Source: Fibrobacteria bacterium (lineage in GTDB: Bacteria > Fibrobacterota > Chitinivibrionia > Chitinivibrionales > FEN-1185). From it: DNA of 61,709 nucleotides. The position numbers were made by a program, and so were the translations under genes. The notes under the pieces are model-generated. The model searched no databases and was not told the DNA's origin. It saw only the letters and a program-made list of their open reading frames with translations. Positions 38,196-47,853 of this stretch are shown here, piece by piece. Each line of letters starts with the position of its first letter. Position 1 is the stretch's first letter. The stretch is taken from positions 1-61,709 of the forward strand of contig JBBIGR010000031.1 in the NCBI GenBank assembly GCA_037447435.1, given 5' to 3'.

Positions 38196-39937
38196 CGAAA
38201 CGTTCATTTGCCGGTAAAAGAAATAGTACCTATGCAAAATGTGCGCTTGGGTGCGTGATTTTTCTTTTTCTATTATGCGGACGTTTACCTACCGAAACCG
38301 GTGCTTCCAATTTCGATATTCAGCTTTCGCTTGAACAGGAATTCAACACTGCAGCAACGTATTCCGGTAAAGTGATTACCGCCATTGTCGATTTGCCCGA
38401 CTCCCAATTTTTTTCTCAGATTGCATGGCATACGGGAAGCGGCAGCTACAGCACTGCCGGAATTGCGCCCAATAAAAAAGTCAAACAAGTTAAGGTCTGC
38501 CTGTTTTGGAATTTCATTCCGACGAATAAAGACTCTCTTAATAAAATGGCCTACGATACGGTGTATGTGTCTTTAAACGGTGAAACCGTGAGAAGCAATA
38601 CGGTCAAAGTATACGTAACCAACATTCCGCCGGTAATCGATAGCGTTTGGATCAATTCGACATCGCTGAAAGGTTCGGATACGGTACGGTACAATTGTTT
38701 GACATCGGATACTAATACGAGATTCTCGATTCGGGTGAGCGCGCATGATATCAATAACGACATCATTCATTACGAATGGCTTTCTTCCAGAGGCCTGCAA
38801 TTGCCGCAATTTCCACTTGTGGTATATGATGTCCCCAAATTCCAATTTACCGATTCCCTGTATTTGAATTGCTACGATGGAAAAGGCGGAAACGCGATTA
38901 AATATATCCTTATTGCAAAAGTTGCGCCGAATGTACCGCCGGTCTTGGACTCGATAAAAATAGGCTCCAAAACTTTTGGATCCGATTCGCTGCTTCATAC
39001 GTATTCGGTACGAAAAATAGATACGTTAAAATTGCGATTATATGCCCGCGACAGCGATTCGAAGGACTCCTTTACCGTTACGTGGCGGCATACGAATTCG
39101 AAAGATTCCCTTATAAGAAACAGCAGTAGCCCTTCAATGGTTACGTTGCTATGCGATACGATTTTCAGAGATTCAAATGCATTGTTACGGACCGTCGATA
39201 CGGTTTATGCTGTAGTAAAAGATGCTCAGGGGGACAGTGTAAAAACCGTCATTAGAATTGTGCAGGGAATTGTTAATACATCCCCACGGATAGACAGTCT
39301 TCGAATTAACGCAAACATCCAATGCAAAGGCGCTGCGGCGTTATTTAAAGACAGCGCCTCGGCACGGGATACTTTTATCCTGCGCGTTTTCGCTTCCGAC
39401 CCCGATTCGCTCGATTCGGCAAAGATCATGGTTTATCCGAAAGTCGCTTCTGCCTTGACAAGGGTGTCAGACACCTTGTTCCGCTATGTTGCCAAGGACT
39501 CGATTTACACGGACTCGATCCTTTGTTTTGCCAAAGACACCCATGCCGACAGTGTAAAGAAAACCGTTGTTATATCTGTTGTCAATAGATACCCGATTAT
39601 GAATTCTTTGGCAGTGTCCGATACGTTTCGAAAAAAAGACACGCTGTTTTATACCCGCGATTCGGCACTTATATGGCGTATCAATATTCCGATTAACGAT
39701 TCGGTTAAAGTAAGGCTTTTTGCTCATGATCCGGATGTCGGTCAGAAAGATTCCATAACGCAGGTGCAATGGACATTGTCTAATGCGAAAACGATGAAAC
39801 TGTTGAACGCGGGCGGCACTTTAGTACAATATCCCGGACCGTCGGTACCGGCAACAGATACGATTTCGGTCAGGATTTTCGACAGAAAGCAGAAATGGGT
39901 GAGTGCATCAATGATATTTAACGTTGGGCATCCATGA
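38192..39937 (+). CDS. Putative lipoprotein with four cadherin/Ig-like repeats
   Basis: Signal with FLLC lipobox-like Cys; repeats NIPPVIDS..AHDINND, NVPPVLDS..ARDSDS, NTSPRIDS..ASDPDS, NRYPIMNS..AHDPD; ATGA overlap with flhB. Confidence 0.7.
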   Translation: MTKRSFAGKRNSTYAKCALGCVIFLFLLCGRLPTETGASNFDIQLSLEQEFNTAATYSGKVITAIVDLPDSQFFSQIAWHTGSGSYSTAGIAPNKKVKQVKVCLFWNFIPTNKDSLNKMAYDTVYVSLNGETVRSNTVKVYVTNIPPVIDSVWINSTSLKGSDTVRYNCLTSDTNTRFSIRVSAHDINNDIIHYEWLSSRGLQLPQFPLVVYDVPKFQFTDSLYLNCYDGKGGNAIKYILIAKVAPNVPPVLDSIKIGSKTFGSDSLLHTYSVRKIDTLKLRLYARDSDSKDSFTVTWRHTNSKDSLIRNSSSPSMVTLLCDTIFRDSNALLRTVDTVYAVVKDAQGDSVKTVIRIVQGIVNTSPRIDSLRINANIQCKGAAALFKDSASARDTFILRVFASDPDSLDSAKIMVYPKVASALTRVSDTLFRYVAKDSIYTDSILCFAKDTHADSVKKTVVISVVNRYPIMNSLAVSDTFRKKDTLFYTRDSALIWRINIPINDSVKVRLFAHDPDVGQKDSITQVQWTLSNAKTMKLLNAGGTLVQYPGPSVPATDTISVRIFDRKQKWVSASMIFNVGHP

Positions 39938-39980
39938 TGAGGAATGCTCGCAATAGGAACGCCGTATCCAAAAGCAAAAT

Positions 39981-42068
39981 ATGAATATATCAAGCGCATC
40001 AAATTCTTTATACAATACGCTCAATAATCCGTTTTTTAAAAACCTTGCAAAACAACGCGATCTCATTGTTGTACTCGGTGTGGTGAGTATCATATTGGTG
40101 TTGATCATACCTTTGCCGGTGTTCATGCTCGATACGCTTTTGTCGCTTTCTCTCTGTATCGGGCTGATTATCCTTCTGGTTACCATGTATAATCGTGAGG
40201 CCTTGGAGTTTTCGGTTTTTCCTTCATTACTGCTTACCGTTACTCTATACAGGCTTGCACTAAATGTGGCCACGACAAGGTTGATATTGGGGCAGGGATA
40301 CGCAGGGCATGTGGTGGAGGTATTCGGCACTTTTGTAACCGGAGGAAACCCGCTCGTCGGTTTTATCATTTTCATTATTATCGTTCTCATACAATTTATC
40401 GTGATAACCAAGGGGTCCGGCCGTATTGCCGAAGTGGCTGCGCGTTTTACTTTGGATGCAATGCCGGGTAAACAAATGGCGATAGATGCGGACTTAAATT
40501 CCGGTCTTATCAATGAAGAGCAGGCGCGGACGCGTCGGGCGAAAATTTCGCAAGAAGCGGATTTCTACGGTGCAATGGACGGAGCATCCAAATTCGTTCG
40601 GGGAGATGCCGTTGCCGGGATTATCATTGTTATCATCAATATCGTCGGCGGATTCGTGGTCGGAGTGGCGCAACAAGGCTTGACTTTCCAGGATAGTCTC
40701 CTTACTTTTACCCGATTGACCATAGGAGACGGTCTTGTCACCCAGATTCCCGCTCTCATGATTTCTACGGGTGCAGGTATCCTGGTTTCCCGTGCCGCAT
40801 CCAAGGAAAACCTTGGTGCAGAGGTAACTTCGCAATTGCTTTCTAATCCAAGGATTTTAAGCGTTGCCTCAGGGGTTATGCTCGTTTTCGCCCTGATACC
40901 GGGATTCAATAAAATACCTTTTATTATGTTGTCGCTTGGAATGGGGGCCATCGCTTATAATGAGTTCATGCGTGAAAAACGCGAAAAACAAGCTGCTGTT
41001 GCGCCGAAACCCGTGCAAAAGACGGAGGAAAAAGTAGAGGATTTTTTGCATGTGGACGCCATGGAACTTGAAATAGGGTATGGACTAATTCCGCTTGTCG
41101 ATGTCGGGCAGGGCGGGGATGTATTGGATAGAATAACAATGATTCGTCGGCAGTTGGCAACGGAACTCGGTATCATTATTCCTCCGATTCGAATCCGCGA
41201 CAACATTCAATTAAAGCCGAACGAATATCGGATTAAGATACGTACGACGGTTGTCGGAAAAGGCGAGCTGATGAGCGGTGCGTATTTGGCAATGGACCCC
41301 GGTACGGTGACGAAAAAGATTCGCGGTATCGAAACCGTTGAACCGGCATTCGGACTGCCGGCATTATGGATTACTGAAAGTCAAAAAGAATCGGCGGAAT
41401 TATCGGGGTATACGGTAGTAGAATTGCCGGCCGTATTGGCAACACATATAACCGAACTGATCAAACGAAACGCGCACGAGCTTCTGACTCGTCAGGATGT
41501 AAAAAACCTCATCGATAATTTACGTGAGCGAAATGCAGCCGTTGTTGAAGAACTTATTCCCAATATTCTTTCGTCGGGCGAAACGCACAAGGTGCTCCAA
41601 AACCTATTGCGTGAACGCGTGTCCATAAGGGATTTGTCCCTCATTTTGGAAACATTGGCCGATATTGCGCCGAAAAATAAAAATACCGAAATTCTTACCG
41701 AGTATGTTCGTAACGCATTGGCCCCGCAAATTTGCGCCGTATACAGAGATGAATCCAACACAATACCGGTCATAACCTTAGACCCTAATCTTGAGGTAAA
41801 ACTCGAAGGCAGTATGCGGGAAAGCGAATCGGGATTTCGCCTCGTTATGTCGCCTTCCGATGCGACAAAAATACTCGAACATGTCGGTGTGCAAATTGAA
41901 AAGGCAAAGGCGAAAAACGAGGTGCCGATCGTCATTTGCTCTCCCACAATTCGAGGACAATTGAAAAAATTAGTCGAAAGTACGTACCGGGATCTCGTCG
42001 TTTTATCGTATAATGAAATCGTTGCCGGAACCGAAATCCGGAGTTCCGGTATGATATCCCTTGATTGA
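39981..42068 (+). CDS. flhA: Flagellar export apparatus protein FlhA
   Basis: RIAEVAARFTLDAMPGKQMAIDADL, EADFYGAMDGASKFVRGDA (FHIPEP motifs). Confidence 0.97.
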   Translation: MNISSASNSLYNTLNNPFFKNLAKQRDLIVVLGVVSIILVLIIPLPVFMLDTLLSLSLCIGLIILLVTMYNREALEFSVFPSLLLTVTLYRLALNVATTRLILGQGYAGHVVEVFGTFVTGGNPLVGFIIFIIIVLIQFIVITKGSGRIAEVAARFTLDAMPGKQMAIDADLNSGLINEEQARTRRAKISQEADFYGAMDGASKFVRGDAVAGIIIVIINIVGGFVVGVAQQGLTFQDSLLTFTRLTIGDGLVTQIPALMISTGAGILVSRAASKENLGAEVTSQLLSNPRILSVASGVMLVFALIPGFNKIPFIMLSLGMGAIAYNEFMREKREKQAAVAPKPVQKTEEKVEDFLHVDAMELEIGYGLIPLVDVGQGGDVLDRITMIRRQLATELGIIIPPIRIRDNIQLKPNEYRIKIRTTVVGKGELMSGAYLAMDPGTVTKKIRGIETVEPAFGLPALWITESQKESAELSGYTVVELPAVLATHITELIKRNAHELLTRQDVKNLIDNLRERNAAVVEELIPNILSSGETHKVLQNLLRERVSIRDLSLILETLADIAPKNKNTEILTEYVRNALAPQICAVYRDESNTIPVITLDPNLEVKLEGSMRESESGFRLVMSPSDATKILEHVGVQIEKAKAKNEVPIVICSPTIRGQLKKLVESTYRDLVVLSYNEIVAGTEIRSSGMISLD

Positions 42069-42097
42069 CTTTAAACAAACGTATGGAATAATTACCG

Positions 42098-43342
42098 ATG
42101 AGAATTAAAAAATTCACTTCGAAATCCATGAAAGAAGCACTCATTGCTATAAAGCAGGATCTGGGCGAAGACGCCATCATACTAAAAACGCAACAGGTTG
42201 GCGGGAAACTGTTTTCGCAAAGCGAGATAGAGGTAACAGCGGCCGTCGACGAGGAAGGTACCATTTCCAGTCAAGCGTTTTCTCCGCTCAAAGTCGGGGA
42301 AACCGGCGTTTATAAAAGACCGAAACCGGTCTCCGAAATGCCTAAACCGGAAGAACCTTTGGCATTTTCGGGCGGCAGTGCCCCTAAAAAAGACGATGTT
42401 CTCAATAGACGCCGGGATTTTTTACGGAATATGGCGACGCAGGATAATGACCTTGATAAAAAATATGAAAACCTTAAAGCCGATATCACCGAGCTTAAGA
42501 ACATGTTCGGCAAATTATTGGAACCACCGCAAAAACAACCTGCCCCGTCTGTCGGATTTTCGGGAGATTGGGAGTTGTTATATGAAAAACTGGTCGATGC
42601 GGAGGTGTCTTCGGATATTGCAAAAAGTTTTGTCGATTCAATGCTTTCGGATCCGACAATTTCAAGCAGCGATGCCATAAGCATGTTTGTCAATGAGCTG
42701 AATTCCTTCTTTAGCTCTACAAAGTTAAAAACTGAAAAAACGTCCTCTTCCCCCAAAGTCATAATGTTCGTCGGTCCCACCGGTGCGGGCAAAACAACCA
42801 CCTTGGCCAAACTTGCCGCGTATCATGTGCTGAATAAAAAAAAGACCGTTTCGGTCGTGACCGCCGACACCTATCGGATTGCGGCGATCGAGCAAATACG
42901 CACCTTCACCGATATCATGAATATCGATTTACATATAGTATTCTCTCCCGATGAGGCGGCAGAGGCAATCGGCCGATGCGCGAAATCCGATATTGTTCTT
43001 GTAGATACTGCAGGACGAAGCCAAAAAAGCGCTGAACACATGGACGAACTTTCGGCTTTTATCAAACGAATGGAACCGCAGGAAATACATTTGGTTCTGA
43101 GTGCTGCCACGAAGGTTTCGGATCTCGTCGCGATCATCGGCAAATATAAGCAACTCGGTGCCAACCGGTTGCTTTTCACTAAACTCGACGAAACGATGAA
43201 ACTGGGCAATGTCTTTACCGCTGCCATTCAATCGAAGATCCCGTTTTCCTATTTTACGTTCGGCCAACGCGTTCCGGACGATATCGAGTCCGCGCAACCG
43301 CATCGCCTGGTACAGCGGTTGTTCGAAGGGAGCGGCTTGTGA
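42098..43342 (+). CDS. flhF: SRP-family GTPase FlhF
   Basis: MRIKKFT N-terminus, GPTGAGKTTT, DTYRIAA, DTAGRS, TKLDE, GQRVPDDI. Confidence 0.96.
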   Translation: MRIKKFTSKSMKEALIAIKQDLGEDAIILKTQQVGGKLFSQSEIEVTAAVDEEGTISSQAFSPLKVGETGVYKRPKPVSEMPKPEEPLAFSGGSAPKKDDVLNRRRDFLRNMATQDNDLDKKYENLKADITELKNMFGKLLEPPQKQPAPSVGFSGDWELLYEKLVDAEVSSDIAKSFVDSMLSDPTISSSDAISMFVNELNSFFSSTKLKTEKTSSSPKVIMFVGPTGAGKTTTLAKLAAYHVLNKKKTVSVVTADTYRIAAIEQIRTFTDIMNIDLHIVFSPDEAAEAIGRCAKSDIVLVDTAGRSQKSAEHMDELSAFIKRMEPQEIHLVLSAATKVSDLVAIIGKYKQLGANRLLFTKLDETMKLGNVFTAAIQSKIPFSYFTFGQRVPDDIESAQPHRLVQRLFEGSGL

Positions 43343-44253
43343 TAGACCAGGCGAAACAGCTTCGGGAAACGTTTGCCTTTGCCGAAAAAGCAGGAGTTGC
43401 TCCGCTGTCGCAAATTTCCAATGATAAAGCCACGGGGATGACCGCCCGTACACCCGCAGACTCCGCTATTCCAAAATGTCAAAGCATCGCGATTACGAGC
43501 GGAAAAGGCGGCGTCGGCAAAAGCAATATATGTTTAGCCTTGGCGTGCGCCCTTTCGAAACTTGGGAAAAAAGTTCTTCTGATCGACGCAGATTTGGGAC
43601 TGGCCAACATTCATATTTTACTTGGAATTTCACCAAAAAAATCTTTGCTTCAGTATATAAAAAAAGAATGTACGCTTTCCGAGGTCCTTATCGACGGCCC
43701 CGGCGGCGTCAAAATTATCCCGGGTGCCTCGGCAATAGAGTCTTTGGCGGATATCGAGGCCTTACAGCTTGGTTTGCTTACTCGCGAACTGGCGATGCTA
43801 GAATCGCAATTTGATTATTTGCTTATCGATACGGGGGCGGGAATTGGGCGTGTCGTTTCCGGCTTTTGCACCATGGCCGGGCAGGCGGCCGTTATCGTTA
43901 CGCCGGAACCAACGTCACTCGCCGACGCATATTCAATTGTAAAGGTTCTTTATAAAAACAATCAAAATAACGTTTCCGTGATAGTTAATATGGCGTCAAA
44001 CGATCATGACGGCATCGAAACATTTGACAGATTGAATGCTTTGGTTGTAAAATTTTTAAGAAAGCCATTACAATTGCACGGAACGGTTCCGTTCGATAAG
44101 CACGTCGGGCTTTCGGTTCGAAAGCAGGCTCCTTTGGTACTGGCGCAGCCGAATTCGTTATTTTCAGCAAGAATCATGCAATGCGCCCGTGCGTTTTGTA
44201 AGATACCGTTGAAACAAAGGCAGGGTTTTTTTTCGAGATTATTACATACGTGA
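43339..44253 (+). CDS. flhG: MinD-like ATPase FlhG/FleN
   Basis: DQAKQLR N-terminal motif, SGKGGVGKS, DADLGLAN, DTGAG, TPEPTSLADAY. Confidence 0.95.
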   Translation: MIDQAKQLRETFAFAEKAGVAPLSQISNDKATGMTARTPADSAIPKCQSIAITSGKGGVGKSNICLALACALSKLGKKVLLIDADLGLANIHILLGISPKKSLLQYIKKECTLSEVLIDGPGGVKIIPGASAIESLADIEALQLGLLTRELAMLESQFDYLLIDTGAGIGRVVSGFCTMAGQAAVIVTPEPTSLADAYSIVKVLYKNNQNNVSVIVNMASNDHDGIETFDRLNALVVKFLRKPLQLHGTVPFDKHVGLSVRKQAPLVLAQPNSLFSARIMQCARAFCKIPLKQRQGFFSRLLHT

Positions 44254-44290
44254 TTTACTTTCCGTGAAATTGATAAAGGATTAAGTCATC

Positions 44291-44635
44291 ATGGTTTTCT
44301 GGATTCGAAAAGCGGCCCGCATGAGCGGTCTGATCACCTTTTTCATCTTGTTTTTTTTCGGATTGGATCCCATGCATCCGTTTGACCCCGTCATCGTCGG
44401 CATTTCGCTGTTCAAAGGACTTTGCGGTGCTGTATTATTCTGGTTTGCCGGATTTGTCCTAAGTGATGTAGTTTTTAAAGGTATGGTTTCGGATGTTCAT
44501 ACCGATACCGAAGATGCCATTGACGGAGGATTATTACAACGGATTCATAATGAAAAAACAAAACTGCATCCGGATTCTATTTTGGAAACGCAAAATTCGA
44601 CTCCCGAAAAGTCGAAAAAAAACAGGAAAAAATAA
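44291..44635 (+). CDS. Hypothetical two-TM membrane protein between flhG and fliA
   Basis: Two hydrophobic segments and a charged tail; AAGGA RBS; operonic spacing. Confidence 0.7.
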   Translation: MVFWIRKAARMSGLITFFILFFFGLDPMHPFDPVIVGISLFKGLCGAVLFWFAGFVLSDVVFKGMVSDVHTDTEDAIDGGLLQRIHNEKTKLHPDSILETQNSTPEKSKKNRKK

Positions 44636-44677
44636 TCGCGGGTATGTTGCCTGCTTCTTCGATAAAGGAACAACGGT

Positions 44678-45442
44678 ATGTCGAGCCTAGATAATCTCTG
44701 GAAGGAATACAAGGAAAGCGGTTCAAAGGTAGCAAAGGATAAATTGCTTCTCGAGTATGCACCGCTTGTCAAGTATATCGCCCAGCGAGTAGGGGTGAAC
44801 CTGCCTGCCTCGGTCGATCGAGAAGATCTGGTAAGCTCGGGGATTTTGGGACTGGTAAAAGCGGTTGAAACGTTCGAACCTGAACGCGGTTTCAAATTCG
44901 AAACGTATGCGGGGCATAAGGTTCGTGGCGCAATTTTAGACGATTTGCGTGCGATGGATTGGGTGCCTCGTTCGGTTAGGCAAAAAGCAAAAGAATTGCA
45001 GAAAACCTATTCCAAGCTCGAAAATGAATTGGGACGGATGCCTTACGACGATGAGGTTTGCAAAGAATTAAACATTTCGCTGAAAGAATTTGAAGATATG
45101 TTGTCGGACGTTACTCCGGCAACTCTCATCTCATTAGAAGAATCGATGCCCGACCGGGACACGGAATCAAAAGAATTAAGGATCATCGATACGATACAGG
45201 ATCCCGGTTCCGATAATCCTCTTAAGGAACTGGGTTTTAACGAAGTAAAGGAAATTTTAAAAGAAGCGATTTCTTCACTGCCTGAAAAAGAAAAATTGGT
45301 CATTGCGCTATATCATTATGAGGAATTGACTTTAAAGGAAATCGGTGTTGTCTTGGATATTTCGGAATCACGAGTGAGTCAAATCCATTCAAAAGTCGTT
45401 TTGAAATTACGGTCTAAGCTGTTGCAAAAAATTAATGCTTGA
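44678..45442 (+). CDS. fliA: Flagellar sigma factor sigma28 (FliA/WhiG)
   Basis: KFETYA..RGAILDDLRAMDWVPRSVR; EELTLKEIGVVLDISESRVSQIH. Confidence 0.96.
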   Translation: MSSLDNLWKEYKESGSKVAKDKLLLEYAPLVKYIAQRVGVNLPASVDREDLVSSGILGLVKAVETFEPERGFKFETYAGHKVRGAILDDLRAMDWVPRSVRQKAKELQKTYSKLENELGRMPYDDEVCKELNISLKEFEDMLSDVTPATLISLEESMPDRDTESKELRIIDTIQDPGSDNPLKELGFNEVKEILKEAISSLPEKEKLVIALYHYEELTLKEIGVVLDISESRVSQIHSKVVLKLRSKLLQKINA

Positions 45443-45501
45443 TGTCTGTCCGGCGGAAAGCATACACTGGAAAATTATCGCCGGGCTCTAAGGAGCGGCA
45501 A

Positions 45502-45810
45502 ATGAATGCACTAAATCTCCAGGCTTCGGTGCATAATGTAACGCAAATGGACAGGATTCAGCACGACGTAGGGCGCGCGCCAACCGTTTATCAAGATCAA
45601 AATGCGGCCATAGCGAGAACCGAAGCGGATAAAAGGATGCGAATGCCGACACCTCTTGAAGAGAGTGACGGCAAGAAAATCGATACCCGAAACAAAAAAA
45701 ATGACGCAAAGAACAAAAACAAAAAGCAAAAAAGAAACCATAAAAATGACGACCACGGAAATGCGGCCCCCTTATCATCCAGCGGATATATCGTTGACAT
45801 GCAAGCATGA
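45502..45810 (+). CDS. Small basic hypothetical protein downstream of fliA
   Basis: AAGGAG RBS before ATG 45502; K/N-rich tail ending GYIVDMQA. Confidence 0.65.
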   Translation: MNALNLQASVHNVTQMDRIQHDVGRAPTVYQDQNAAIARTEADKRMRMPTPLEESDGKKIDTRNKKNDAKNKNKKQKRNHKNDDHGNAAPLSSSGYIVDMQA

Positions 45811-45816
45811 TGCAAC

Positions 45817-46725
45817 ATGGAAAGCACCAGTGTAATGCCGCTTAATCCCATAGTTCAACGTATACGGAAAGTAACGGAAAGCATAATCAGTTTACCGACA
45901 TTGCCGACCGTCGTTTCCAAAATGATCGAATTGGTCGATAATCCTAAAACGTCTGCAGCTTCATTGGCGCGCCTCATTTCAACCGACCAGGCATTAACGG
46001 CTAAAATTCTCAAATTGGCGAATTCCGCGTATTATGGATTTCCTCGAGAAATTTCTACGGTTAATATGGCCATTGTCGTTCTTGGGTTTAATACGGTCAA
46101 AGACATGGGGCTATCGCTGTCCGTTTTTCAGGTATTCAAGGAAGCGGAAGTCAATAAAGCCTTCGACGTGTCAAAATTTTGGGAACATTGCGTTGGTTGC
46201 GGCGCAGCAGCGCGAATGATGGCTCGGCGTCTCAAATACCGTTATGTCGGCGAGGCATTTGTTGCCGGATTGTTGCATGATATTGGAAAAGTGGTATTAA
46301 ACCAGTATGTCCACAAAGAATTTATGGAGATACTTGCTTTGACCTCCGACGGTACCATGTCCCTCGATGATGCGGAAGATAAAGTAATCGGGACCAGGCA
46401 TTCCCAGATCGGATCATGGCTTGCTGAAAAATGGAATTTGCCCAAGATCATCGTGGAAAGCATTACCTATCATCATGAACCTTGGGAAGCCCAAAACGAG
46501 CCGTTATTAGTGGCGATCGTTACCATTGCAAATTATCTATGTCATTGCAATTCCATAGGAAATTCAGGACGCCTCATTCCGTTGAAACCGGACAAGCAGA
46601 CATGGCAAATTTTTCAAAATACGCTATCCCCGCTCGATGAAACCGATTTGGATTCCCTGACGACGGAATTTCTTTTGGAATTCGATAGAACCGAATCGAT
46701 TATGTCCTTTATCCATGACGACTGA
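45817..46725 (+). CDS. HDOD domain protein
   Basis: LPTLP, DQALTAKILKLANSAYYG, FWEHC, AFVAGLLHDIGK, WNLP, YHH. Confidence 0.93.
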   Translation: MESTSVMPLNPIVQRIRKVTESIISLPTLPTVVSKMIELVDNPKTSAASLARLISTDQALTAKILKLANSAYYGFPREISTVNMAIVVLGFNTVKDMGLSLSVFQVFKEAEVNKAFDVSKFWEHCVGCGAAARMMARRLKYRYVGEAFVAGLLHDIGKVVLNQYVHKEFMEILALTSDGTMSLDDAEDKVIGTRHSQIGSWLAEKWNLPKIIVESITYHHEPWEAQNEPLLVAIVTIANYLCHCNSIGNSGRLIPLKPDKQTWQIFQNTLSPLDETDLDSLTTEFLLEFDRTESIMSFIHDD

Positions 46726-46734
46726 AAAAAAAAC

Positions 46735-47310
46735 GTGAACCGGATTCGCATTGTATCAATAATCCTTCTTTGGAGCAGCCTGCTTTGTTGCTCTGCCGAG
46801 ATCAAACTTGCTGTGGCGACAACGAGCGCGCCGGTTTTTGACGAACCGAAAAAAGGCCTATTGCCGCAAACTTTTTTCGGCAAACAGGATTCCCTTAGTA
46901 TCGATAGTACCGCCGTCGATTCGTTGGGGAATGCATGGTTTCATGCGAAAAGTAAGAAATCGCAAGGATGGATAATTGCTACGATGGTGCAATATGCATC
47001 TAAAATGTCCGATACGGCGATTTCTGCCGCTCTAGCGACTGATGCCGACAAGGTACGGAGATTGGCAATTTTAAAGGAACACGTACAATGGCCTCGGCGA
47101 GCCGTCAACGCAATACGGATCGGGGTCATTTGTCTTGACATGACAGAAGATCAGGTCGTCGCATCCTGGGGGCAATATGATGCAAAAATGAATTGTTACA
47201 TGGTGGGCACCGGAAACTATCAGGCTTTGCTCTATAAAAATAAAAACAATAAATGCTTGATGGTTACTTTACAGAACGACAAGGTGATCGGGTGGACGGA
47301 CGATAAATGA
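46735..47310 (+). CDS. Secreted hypothetical protein (possible SH3-like N-terminal domain)
   Basis: Signal peptide; WFH...QGWI; C-terminal MTEDQVVASWG. Confidence 0.6.
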   Translation: MNRIRIVSIILLWSSLLCCSAEIKLAVATTSAPVFDEPKKGLLPQTFFGKQDSLSIDSTAVDSLGNAWFHAKSKKSQGWIIATMVQYASKMSDTAISAALATDADKVRRLAILKEHVQWPRRAVNAIRIGVICLDMTEDQVVASWGQYDAKMNCYMVGTGNYQALLYKNKNNKCLMVTLQNDKVIGWTDDK

Positions 47311-47312
47311 TC

Positions 47313-47663
47313 TTACGGGGCCAAATGAGGCTGGTTTTGGATCAGATCTTCTTCGTTTTTATACATTTTAATAAGTTTATCGAAATCGATAACCGAAAGG
47401 ATGTCGATGATGTCCCGGTTGGCTTCGATTATGGCTAGGCTTCCGCCGACATCTTTAATTAGTTCTGAACAGGAAATAAGTACGGCGATTGATTTTGTGT
47501 AAAGGTATGAGTCCTGAGTAAACGCTATGGCAATGTGACAGATGTTTTGAGAAATTTGAGCTTCGATGACGGCTTTTAAATCGTACATGTCGGTGTTTAA
47601 GCCGATGTCCTCCTTCAGTCTGAGGACCTGGAAAATACCTTTTCGATATATTTCGATTTGCAT
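47313..47663 (-). CDS. STAS-domain (anti-sigma antagonist-like) protein
   Basis: 116 aa with STAS pattern LRLKEDIG...IAIAF...YLYTKSIAVLI...GGSLAII...IIDILSVIDFDKLIKMY. Confidence 0.75.
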   Translation of the reverse strand: MQIEIYRKGIFQVLRLKEDIGLNTDMYDLKAVIEAQISQNICHIAIAFTQDSYLYTKSIAVLISCSELIKDVGGSLAIIEANRDIIDILSVIDFDKLIKMYKNEEDLIQNQPHLAP

Positions 47664-47853
47664 TTTTTCCCCAAATTGTACGTGCTTTGGATCTTAGCAA
47701 TATAGATTATGTGCAGAATTTACGGTCAAGTAGTTTTTTTTCAAAACGGTTTTTTAATGAATTCCTGTTACTGTCATCTTGTAAATTTATATACTTTTAT
47801 ATTGCCCTAGAATCGCGGCATTCAACACGGCACAATGTAATAAATGGAATTCA

